DNA of 64,000 bases. It comes from an uncultured delta proteobacterium (GTDB lineage: Bacteria; Desulfobacterota; Zymogenia; Zymogenales; Zymogenaceae). Where the stretch lies: assembly GCA_963735595.1 (NCBI GenBank), contig CAVTLK010000001.1:448001-512000 (forward strand). The letters run 5' to 3'. Shown one piece after another: positions 54,776 through 64,000 of this stretch (position 1 is the stretch's first letter; every line of letters starts with the position of its first letter). Below the pieces are notes generated by a model. It searched no databases. It was not told where the DNA came from and saw only the letters and a list, made by a program, of their open reading frames with translations. The position numbers and the translations under genes were made by a program.

Positions 54776-55143
54776 TGTCAGCTCAACAGGGAAGCGCGGG
54801 AGGCAGGGGTTCCGGCGGACGGCCGTCATCGGGATCGCAGGGTGGTTCTGCGGGAGGCCGCACGCCTTCGGCGACCGGGCCCTCTACCGGCGGCACGTCG
54901 ACCGGCGGTACTCCCGCCCGACAGGGGGCCGGCGGCGGGGAGATGAGATCCGGACTATCCCCGACCTATACGGAGAATATGAACGGACAGGGCTCAACGC
55001 AGGGCGACGCGCCGTTCGGCACCGGTGATTCGGGAACGGCCGGCGGGCCCATTGCGTCCAAAAGGGGATGCGGCTGCTGCGGAGGGGCGATGCTGGTGAT
55101 GGCCGGCGCTGTCCTTGGTCTCTCGGCTTTACTTATCCTGTAG
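54776..55143 (+). CDS. Gly/Ser/Thr-rich low-complexity protein with C-terminal Cys motif and TM helix (track start 54775)
   Basis: SD AAGGAGG; 122-aa ORF ending KRGCGCCGG-AMLVMAGAVLGLSALLIL. Confidence 0.6.
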
Positions 55144-55469
55144 ACTGGCCCTATTAGCCGGCCACCCTCGCCCAGGGTTGCGATAGTATCGGTCCGAGGG
55201 CTATCCGGCGCCGCGGAATTGACCGAAAATAAAATACTATTTTTTTTCCGTTTTCTTGATATACTGAAAAAAGCGATCGGTAATGAGAGCGTTTGGAAGC
55301 ATACCGGTAACCGGTATCAGTGGCCGACAACGCATCGACACATACCCGTTCCTCGCGGCCATGATCGTTTCCGAATTCGTACAACACGCTCCGGACGACA
55401 CGATCTTACACTCCGTATTCAGGGACAGTTTCTATACACATATCGTCCGCATAGACTAACGACAGGATC

Positions 55470-55852
55470 GAAGCAGACAGGGCGGTCGCCGTCGGGTTTT
55501 ATACCCGCCGGAGGAAAGTCCGAGCTCCACAGGGCAAGGTGCTGGGTAACACCCAGTGGGGGTGACCCCAAGGAAAGTGCCACAGAAAACATACCGCCTG
55601 ATCGCCGCAAAGCGGCCCTCGGGTAAGGGTGAAAAGGCGAGGTAAGAGCTCACCGCGGTTCGGGTGACCGGGCCGGCAGGGTAAACCCCACCTGGAGCAA
55701 GACCAAATAGGGAGGCGATATCCCCACGGGGATGAGAGAGCTGCCCGTTCAAGCCTCCGGGTAGGTCGCATGAGTCCGCGGGTAACCACGGACCGAGATG
55801 AATGATCGTCGCCCCACTCGTGGGGAACAGAACTCGGCTTATTGTCTGCTTC
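55470..55852 (+). ncRNA. rnpB: RNase P RNA, bacterial type A
   Basis: P1 GAAGCAGACA/TGTCTGCTTC, GAGGAAAGTCC, AGTGCCACAGAAA, GGTAAACCCC, GAGCAAG, ACAGAACTCGGCTTA. Confidence 0.97.
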
Positions 55853-55880
55853 GGTAATTTATCTTATTAAGGAGGGTAAC

Positions 55881-58800
55881 ATGGCTCGGAGGAGGGCCCG
55901 CCGTTTCTTACTGTACCTGATCATCATCGCGCTCGTCTTCTTTTTTATCAAGGTATCGCTGCTTCCCAGAATACCAACCATCGGCAAGACAACGACGAGC
56001 AAGGTATACGTCGCCCTCGGATTCCATACGAATCTCTATCACTCCTATCGGGGAGACACGCCCGACGAGGCTGGGTTCGGGAAAGATATCGTAACGATCA
56101 GGAAGATCATCGCAACGATGGATGAGCACAATAAGAACGGGAGTAAGGTCAGGGCCGTCTGGGATTTCGATAACCTTTTTACCCTTGAAGAGATACTCCC
56201 GCATTACGCCCCCGATATCATTGAGGACGTCAAGGATCGCGTAGAAAAACAGAAGGACGAGGTAATCCTGATGTCCTATAACAACGGACTGGCGTCGGCC
56301 ATGACCGAGCAGGAGCTTACTGAATCCATCATCAGGGCGATTACCAATTCGAATGGGTCGGGAGTCGCCGATATCTTCGGCACGTTCACCCCGATCGTCC
56401 GTCCTCAAGAGGGGATGACATCCACCGGCTCGTTCGGCGTCTATAAGAACCTCGGTATCGAAGCGGTATCCCTCTACTATAGCGCCATTCCATTCGACAA
56501 CCTGCGGGTATTTCTGTCTCCCCTTTCCGTTGAAGAGGCCCTTAACCCGGTGACGTATAAGAACAAAAAGACCGGCGACGAAATGACAATAATCCCAACG
56601 TATAACGTCGGCGATTTGATTGAAAACGTCTCCCTGACTAAATGGGCGCGGGATATTCACCGTATGCAACTGGAAGGAACCGTCAAGGGAGACGTCCTGC
56701 TGTTTATCAACTTCGACGCCGATGATTCGTATTGGAACGGATATACCCTTCCGGTCTACCTGAAGTGGCTTCCCAACACCGGGGGCCTTTCACGGCTGAT
56801 CGATGAGGCCGACGCCGCCGACTATATCGAGTTTACCACCCTCGGCGAGTATTTGAATACCCACAAGCCGAAGAAGGAGGTCTTCTTCGGACAAGATACC
56901 GCCGACGGAACCTATAACGGATATAACCCCTGGGCGGAAAAGACCTCAAGCCATGATTACTGGACAAGCCTGATGGAAGACCGCCGTAACCACAAGGCCG
57001 TGAGGCTGTCATATCGGGCCGTTGATCTGAAAGAGTACATTGTGAAGGCTGTCTCCCTGTCGGAGGGGGAACCGCCTGCGGAACCGGAGCTTCCCCCCGG
57101 AGAAAAAGACCTGTTAGCCCGTGCGTTCGATCTGAGGATGCGGCTCTTGTCGACTACCCACTTCGGCATGGCTACCCCCCTGCTTTGCGCCGAGCGCGAA
57201 TTTGCCGCCGAACGGATAATTACCGAGATGCTGGACAATTCCCGCGCCGCCCGCGAGTCGGCACGTACCGCGCTCGCCCGGAAACTCTATGAAATCAGGC
57301 CCCCGCGCCGCTCCCCTTGGGGGGATGAAATTCATCGATGCGTTCCTGACCCTCTCGGAAAATAAGGACGGGACTTCCCCCGATTTTGTCTTCATCACGT
57401 TTGATCTTACCGGGCTTTCGATACCGGACGAGGGTTTTTACATCCTCGGGCCGAAAGGGCGGGTCACGATACCGTACGTCATTTCCTCTCATCTCTCCCC
57501 TGACGGCACCGTTGGACCGGTAACGCTCTTCTTCTCGCCGTCCGCCGGTTCCGGCCCCTATTTTCTTTTCCATGGTCCGAAAGGGATCTATCCGGTCGTC
57601 GGTTTCAAGACAACGGCAGCCGCCGGCGTCCTTACCAACGGCGCCGTCAAGATCGAAGTTTCAAAAGAAGGGATCATCAAAGACGTTGTCTATAACAAAC
57701 GCCGCCTTTTAAACGAAAAGAGCCTCCTGCCCAAAATCACCTACCGGGTGAAGGATCGCGAGAAGACCATCGACCTTTCGCCACGGGCACTGAAGGTCGC
57801 AGTTGAAGAGGACGGCACCGAGGGAGTCGCCAGGATTCGAATCTTCGGAGACTTTGAGGTACCCGAGATCAAGGGTTCCCAACCCGGCTTTGTCGACTAC
57901 CGGCTGACCCTCCTCGACGGGGTACCCTATCTCTTTTTCGACGGCGAGATCACGTACCCGAACACGCCCAGAAACGGGATGATGGGCCTCGGCAAGCCGA
58001 TCTCGTTGTTGAGAAAAATTGACCGTGGGTGGTATGAGACGGCCCCCGCCGAGCTTATCTTTACCAATACCGCCGGAAAAAATACGCCCTTTGAGATCAC
58101 CAAGCGTGACTACCTCGGCGTCGAGTCCTCTTACGTACTGGACTATTTCAAACACTCCGACGCAAATCTTAACCTTGCGGACGTCAATAACCATATCACC
58201 GCGGAATATGCCGCCGTTTCGGGAGGTGGCGGCGGGATAGCGGTCGCATTGGACAACACGATGCTCTCCAATTTCGCGTTCCTTCCGGCGAAGCTCACCT
58301 ATGACAACGAGAAAGGAAATTTTTCGATCAGGCTCAATCCGTTCGGCGCCTATTCCGGCCCTCATTACTATCATCCCACGTGGGGTACGGGGCTCGGCTA
58401 TGAGGCCGCCTTCCTGAGCGGTGAGTCGTACGAAAGCTCGGCCCCCTCCTACAACGGCAAGAAGGAACACTTCGCCTTCATGGTATCCTTCTTTGAAGGC
58501 GCGACACTTCCCGATGACACCAGGCACGACCTCATCGCCTACGCCGATCCGCCCATAGTGGTCAGCGGTGGAAGGATGCGGGTGGTTGAATCGCAGCGAA
58601 CGCCTGCCGATCCCACCGCCCCCGAGGGGATTATCGCCGCCTACGAAGACGGTAAGACCTATATTATCTGGAACCAACCCCCCGGCAACCCGCAGAGCTA
58701 CAAGGTTTACCTCGGCACCGAGAGCGGAAAATACGCGAGCGTCTATGAAACAAAAGATACGAAGCTAATCCTGACAGATCTGGCGCCGGACAAGACCTAC

Positions 58801-58965
58801 TACGTCTCGGTCGCGGCCCTTTTTATCACCGGAAAGGAAATGGGCCCTAAGGAAGAAATTTCGTTTATTGGAGGAAAGACGACCTTCGAGAAGAAGGGCC
58901 TCGACCTGCCGATATCATTGCAGCTGAAGATACTCTGGCATGGATTGCTTGCCCTGATCAATTGA
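55881..58965 (+). CDS. Large exported hypothetical protein: putative GH38/GH57-like or deacetylase barrel, beta-supersandwich and FN3 domain; frameshift near 57320
   Basis: SD AAGGAGG; basic N-terminus and TM; FHTNLYHSY, RPQEG, FDAD; FN3-like PTAP..WNQP..SYKVYLG..LTDLAPDKTYYVSVAA. Confidence 0.55.
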
Positions 58966-59000
58966 CGACTTCCCGTCTCTCCGGGAAAGCTACATACATA

Positions 59001-59028
59001 AAGGGGGCGCGGTTTGCCGCGTCCCCTT
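59001..59028. terminator. Hairpin between convergent genes, likely terminator
   Basis: AAGGGGGCGCGG-TTTG-CCGCGTCCCCTT. Confidence 0.7.
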
Positions 59029-59073
59029 CTCTATTTCACTGAACCGGCCCATTCGCGTGGACCCGCGAAGGTC

Positions 59074-59944
59074 CTACCGAAACAGGAGCCGATCGGCGTT
59101 TCTCCCCTTGATCTTTTCCTTGAACTCGGCGGAAATATCACACCCGTCCAGCGCATCGAGCGTCTCCTTGAATCCCCTGAGCGGGTTATCCGAGGCAAAG
59201 AGCACCTTATGTTCCGCGTTGTACTTCGTATACGCGTCCCAGGGGAAATAATTATAGAGATCGGGGTAGGCCGAAATATCAATATAGACGTTGGAATGCC
59301 GACGCCGCCAGGGACCATGCCTCCAGCGGCCAGGGAAATCCGCCGTGGCCCATGACGATAACAAGCTCCGGGTATCTGAGGGCTACCGGCTCAAGGAGCA
59401 TCGGGTGGCCGAGCAGCGCGTTGGACCCGGGCGTAGACATTTGATGCGCAGTGTGCGTCCAGACGATCGCGCCCAGCTCTATCGCCTTCTCCCAGAGCGG
59501 GTTATGTTTCGGGTCAGAGATAAGGAAATGCTGCATCGGGGGCACGAGCTTCATGCCACGGCAGCCCAGGTCGCCGACCGCCCGGGCGAAGTCGTCGACT
59601 GCGCCTTTCTGCCGAGGGACGGATCGATGCCGGCAAAGGGGATGAAGCGATCGGGATACCGGGAGGCGAGTCTTCCGACGTCCTGGTTGGTAACCGCAAC
59701 CACCCCCGAAGCCGTGGTGTAGTCCGCGCCGACGATGACCGCCTTGTCCACTCCCGCTTCGTCCATCTCCCTGATGATATCGTCAGACGCTCCTGTTCGT
59801 GAACAGGTACTGCAGCGCGCCGGTGATGTTCTTGAAACGATCCGTATCGCGCATCGAGCCGTAAAGGCGCTGCGCCGCTTCTTCGATCCCCGGCAGCACC
59901 GTCACTTCCTTGCAGAACGGATGGATGTGCATATCGATGATCAT
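59074..59944 (-). CDS. Amidohydrolase_2 family protein; multiple frameshifts
   Basis: IIDMHIH, MDEAGVDKAV, PDRFIPFAGIDP, MGHGGFPW, NVYIDISA, LFASDNP. Confidence 0.85.
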
Positions 59945-59963
59945 GGGATGTCTCCCCCATTTT

Positions 59964-59989
59964 GCTGTTTGATACGCTGTTTGATACGC
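59964..59989. repeat. Short tandem repeat, 12-mer GCTGTTTGATAC x2
   Basis: Read directly: 59964-59975 and 59976-59987. Confidence 0.85.
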
Positions 59990-60009
59990 CGTATACCGCA
60001 CGCACGGGG

Positions 60010-60799
60010 CTACCCTGCCCTTCCCGCGGCCGTTGTGAGATAGCGGCCGATAATTACGTCCCGGGCTTCCCGCTCGCCCCGCGGCTCGATCGGATCGAGT
60101 ATCGGCGGCTTGCCGTATTTGACCTCAAGTGCCTTTGCGATCAGGAAGTCGGCCAGCGAGGGATTTTTTGACAGGATCGGTCCGTGCAGGTAGGTTCCGA
60201 TCGTGTTCTTGTAGATAACCCCCTCCGTCTTGTCGGTCCCGTTATTGCCGTAGCCGTACACGACATCCGCGAACGGCACCATCCCCTTGCCCAGCTCCGT
60301 TCTCCCGCCGTGGTTTTCAAACCCGACAATAAGCGCATCGCCGATCCCTTCCATGCGCGGACGGACGATAACATCGCCGATCAATCGTTTTGCCGTCCGT
60401 CCCGGGCTCCTGGTAACCAGATCATAGATTCCCAATCCCTCGATCATCGTCCCGTCGGCCGCAATATAGTACGGAGCCGAGAAACTGGTACGCGCCGCAG
60501 ACGAAAAGGCCGGGAATCCCCCGCTCTATCACCCGCCGGAGGTTGATTTCCTTTCCCCCGATGAGGTCCTTCTTGACTATCTCCTGCTGCCGATCCTGCG
60601 CACCGCCCATAAAGAGGAGGTCGGCCGAATCGATCCCGGCGCCGTCCGTCCCGAGCGATACCCCGGCGACATCAACGTCGATTCCCCGCCATCGGCACCG
60701 TTTCGTCAGGATCATGACGTTGCCCCGGTCGCCGTACGTGCTCATCAGGTCCGGGTAGAGCCAGCCGATTGATAGTCGATATTCGCGTTTTTTCGTCAT
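60010..60799 (-). CDS. gatD: GatD, CobQ-like glutamine amidotransferase of lipid II isoglutaminyl synthase; frameshift near 60470
   Basis: LYPDLMSTYGDRGN, GGAQDRQQ, CGAYQFLG, GFENHGGRT, GTYLHGPILSKN. Confidence 0.9.
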
Positions 60800-62166
60800 G
60801 TAGTCTTAAGTTTGAATTCGTCCCCGGTAAGTATGTTCCTGGCCTCCAGCATCGCGGAATAGGTCGGCAGGATAAACAGGAAATTACCCGGCGCCGTCTC
60901 CTGTACTGCGCGTTCTATCGCCGTGCCAAGGTCGGGGATGACGGTGACGCCCCCGGAACACTCACTCCCCTGGGTTGTGGCGCGATCTTCACCGGCGTAC
61001 TTCAGGCGGATGGCCATGTCGTAGGCGCGGTCTCCGGAAACAATGATTCGATCGGCAGGCCCCATGAGAAGCTCGAAATCGACGTCCCATATCCACGAGA
61101 CGTCTCTGCCGTCCGGGATACGGTCGTTCAAGAGGACGAGCACCCTCCGTTTCGTGCGGGTCGAACTCCTCCAGAACCTCGACGGATTGATTGAAACCGG
61201 TCGGGTTCTTGGAGAGCTGAATGACGATCTTCCGCCCCCGGTAATCGATGATCTCCTGCCTGCCGAAGGCGGCCCCGAAATCGGCGATGTCACGTCTTAT
61301 CTGTTCCAGCCGAGATACCGAAGACGGTATGGAGCATGAGCGCCACGGCGTTTGTGTTATATCGGTTAAACAGGCCCAGGAGCGGGCTCTTTACCGTCTC
61401 GGAGTAGTCCACGATGCCCGAGGGTCGAAAACCGCAACCGGCGCACAGGAAATCACCGATATGGGAATAGGCGATCGGCGTCTATACGTGAGTCGCTCGG
61501 CGCACTCGGGACAGTACAGGGAGTCCGCCTCGTGACCGGACGGCGCGTTTTTTCATGGCCTTTTTCTTAAGACCGAAAAACGATACGGAGAGGTTCGCGA
61601 GAGCGATTTCCCGAGATAGAAGATCTGGGGATCGTTGCCGTTCATGATAAGGGCGGTCTTTTTCGTGAGTGAGGCAAATGCCTCCTGCCACTTGAGGGCT
61701 ATGGTGTTCACCTCGCCGTAACGATCCAGCTGGTCCCGAAAGAGGTTGAGCACCATGATCGCATCGGGTGGAAATTCGGAAAGCAGCAGCGGCAGCACGT
61801 TTTCGTCCACCTCGAATATCGCCAGCATCGGCGGCAATCTTGCCGAACAGGTTCGCGTTGCTGAATCAGACATGAGGCGACGCCGTTCTTAAGATTGGCG
61901 CCCGTCTCGTTGCCGATTACCCGATACCCGTTCTTCGAGAGGATATGCCGGGTGATCTTTGCCGACGTGGTCTTGCCGTTGGTGCCGACGATGACGACGG
62001 TCAGAAGGATGGGGTTCTTCTGGATCATCGTCCTGATGAAGCTTCCGGAAAGCCTCAGGGCGATTTCGCCCGGCCATGTGAATCCGTGTCCGATGCGTCC
62101 GGCACGGATCAGGAAGGCGATGGTCTTGGTGAGGGCGAGGATCGGAACAATCATCGCTTGGTCCAC
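60796..62166 (-). CDS. murT: MurT ligase (Mur domain plus DUF1727); multiple frameshifts
   Basis: GTNGKTT, GANL.NG, FEVDE, NLFRDQLDRYGE, YCPEC zinc insert, DGRDVSWIWD, PTYSAML; ATGA overlap with gatD. Confidence 0.9.
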
Positions 62167-62391
62167 TATTTCCCCAATAGTATCACGTGCTCCCCTCTTG
62201 CCATCAATTTTCGGGACGATCTTGGCCGGGAGAAATAAGATGCGTCGATATTGTATATGGCGCGGGTACTATCGACCGGCCGCCGTACCAACATACGGGA
62301 GGACCTATTTCATCGGGACATGAAATAACAACAGGGACTACGTCTCGGTGAGATTCAATTGTACATTTAGGAGGTGAAAAGACGGAGATAA

Positions 62392-62415
62392 GCGGCCCCC
62401 GGGTACGGGGGCCGC
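62392..62415 (-). terminator. Hairpin after hsp20
   Basis: GCGGCCCCCG-GGTA-CGGGGGCCGC, 10-bp stem, weak U-tract. Confidence 0.6.
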
Positions 62416-62420
62416 CTCTA

Positions 62421-62868
62421 TTAGTGAGCCTCGATCTTGATGGCCTTCTTGTTCTTACCGTTGGCCTTCGGCAATAGTACCTTCAGGATGCCCCCCTTAT
62501 AGTCGGCCTTGATTTTTTCCTCGTCCACCTCGCCGGGGAGCTCTACGGTCCGTTTGAAGTAACCGTAGCTCGTTTCCCGGCAGAACGAATTCATCTCCTC
62601 TTCTTCGGATTCGTTACGTTTTTCACCCGAGATGGTCAGATATCCGTTGTCGACGCTCAGATCGATGTCTTTCACGTCCAAACCGGGCAGCTCCGCCTTC
62701 ACGATGATGTCCTTCTTGGTTTCGCTCATGTCTATTCTCGGCATCGGGCGGAAGTCGAGCGAATCGCCCACAAAATCGGTAAAGAAATTGTCGTAAAGGT
62801 TTATCTCACGTTTCAGGTCCTCACAGACCTGTGATTCATAATAGACTTGCCACTGGTATTAGTCTCAT
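62421..62868 (-). CDS. Hsp20/alpha-crystallin small heat shock protein; frameshift near 62853
   Basis: PRIDMSET, AELPG, LTISGEK, YGYFKRTVELP, GILKVLLPK; SD AAGGAGG before ATG 62868. Confidence 0.92.
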
Positions 62869-62901
62869 GGTTTCGTCCCTCCTTATCTTCGGTCCTTTAA
62901 A

Positions 62902-62930
62902 TAATGTAATCACGTTTTCGTCGTTGTCAA
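62902..62930 (-). promoter_or_regulatory. Sigma70-type promoter of hsp20
   Basis: Minus strand TTGACA, about 17 bp, TACATT. Confidence 0.55.
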
Positions 62931-63003
62931 TATCTTCATTTCTCGGTTGAACTCATATGATGGAATCTGTTAGTATGGTACTGTCAGCAGTATGGAGGAG
63001 ACA

Positions 63004-64000
63004 GTGAGGATAGTAAAGATAATCATAGCCGCCGTAGCGGTCCTTATCGCACTTGCAGTGGCGGGAACGTGGCTCTACCTCAAGGCAATCGTTCCCACGT
63101 ACGAGGGGGAGCTGTCGCTCCCGGGTATTACGGACGGGGCCGTCGTTATCAGGGACATCTACGGCGTACCCCATATCTATGCGGACACCACGCACGATCT
63201 CTACTTTGCCCTCGGCTACTGCCAGGCGCAGGACCGCCTCTTCCAGATGGATTTCTACCGCAGGGCTGCGCGGGGCAGGCTGTCCGAGGTCTTGGGGAAG
63301 GACCTCCTTGACGCCGACCGATATCTGGTAACGATGGGATTTGCCCGCACCGCGGAAAAGCAGCTTGAGAGCCTTCCTCCCGATCTGAGGGAGATCGTCG
63401 AGGCGTTTTCGGCAGGAATCAACGCTTCTATCGAACACAACCCCCTGCCCGTCGAATTCAGGATTCTCGGGTACCGCCCCGAACCGTGGACCGCCGAGGA
63501 TTCCCAGGCCATCGGGAACCTCATCAGCTTTCAGCTCGCCGGGTGGGCGTATAAGAACGAGATCCTCAACTGGCTCATACTCGACAAGCTCGGACCGGAG
63601 CGGGCCGCCGAATTCCTCCCCTTTCTCCCGAAGGAGACCGTCTTTATAACTGCAGGACTCTCGCCCATGTCCGACGCCCCCCGGATATCCGACGAATCCA
63701 GGAGCTTCCTCTCGTTTTTCATAAACCGGGTCCTCGCCAGCAACAATTGGGTCGTGTCGGGGCGAAAATCGGAGACGGGGGGACCGATCCTCTGCGAGGA
63801 TTCCCATGAGTCGGGGCCGGAGATGCCCACCCAGTGGCACCTCTCGCATCTGGTCGGCCCCGGTATCAACATCGCCGGGGCCATGTTCCCCGGGGCCCCG
63901 ATCTTCGTTTTCGGGCACAACGACCATATCGCCTGGGGGGTCACCAACTTTACCCTCGATACCCAGGACCTCTATATTGAAAGGATCAATCCCGAAAACG
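63004..64000 (+). CDS. Penicillin acylase family Ntn-hydrolase (3'-truncated; absent from ORF track because it has no stop in the window)
   Basis: GTG with SD GGAGGAG; TM, RDIYGVPHIYA, AQDRLFQMD, GRLSE, in-frame SNNWVVSG at 63739, GHNDHIAWGVTN, QDLYIE. Confidence 0.92.
   Translation, partial: MRIVKIIIAAVAVLIALAVAGTWLYLKAIVPTYEGELSLPGITDGAVVIRDIYGVPHIYADTTHDLYFALGYCQAQDRLFQMDFYRRAARGRLSEVLGKDLLDADRYLVTMGFARTAEKQLESLPPDLREIVEAFSAGINASIEHNPLPVEFRILGYRPEPWTAEDSQAIGNLISFQLAGWAYKNEILNWLILDKLGPERAAEFLPFLPKETVFITAGLSPMSDAPRISDESRSFLSFFINRVLASNNWVVSGRKSETGGPILCEDSHESGPEMPTQWHLSHLVGPGINIAGAMFPGAPIFVFGHNDHIAWGVTNFTLDTQDLYIERINPEN

Noticed and set aside
55219..55789. ORFs overlapping the rnpB region
   Set aside because: Explained by the RNase P RNA
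62188..62204. Sigma54-like site upstream of murT (minus strand TGGCAAGAGGGGAGCA)
   Set aside because: GG-N10-GC spacing fits but the TTGC element is absent; too weak
62870..62990. CIRCE element before hsp20
   Set aside because: No TTAGCACTC-N9-GAGTGCTAA match

Overview
Mostly core-genome chromosomal DNA from a diderm bacterium. The gene order (leuS-lptE-holA/rpsT; rpoN-hpf-ptsN-hprK-rapZ-PTS IIA-D-ptsH-ptsI-metK-ahcY; yqeY-mutS2-dnaG-rpoD-tRNA-Nif3-zinc ribbon-RNase HI-rnpB) suggests Desulfobacterota/'Deltaproteobacteria' (inferred). About 55 genes, one tRNA (CAT, probably Ile2) and the RNase P RNA are present. I saw no CRISPR array, prophage or IS. Many genes, including essential ones (rpoD, dnaG), carry single-base frameshifts that are most likely uncorrected long-read errors, so split ORFs are joined here and their ends are approximate. 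The best candidate for an undescribed system is at 14.2-22.8 kb. It is an AmmeMemoRadiSam (AmrB/AmrA/AmrS) module whose radical SAM enzyme has a twin-arginine plus lipobox leader and whose AmrB has a signal-like N-terminus. It lies downstream of YdbH-like and YnbE/YdbL-like envelope genes and converges on a polytopic membrane protein with a spermidine-synthase-like domain lacking the catalytic Asp. Other points of note: a MurT/GatD pair in an LPS-containing organism, a class II CRP-type promoter before an orphan lipoprotein, a Gly-rich tail-anchored protein before rnpB, and a large secreted glycoside-hydrolase-like/FN3 protein.
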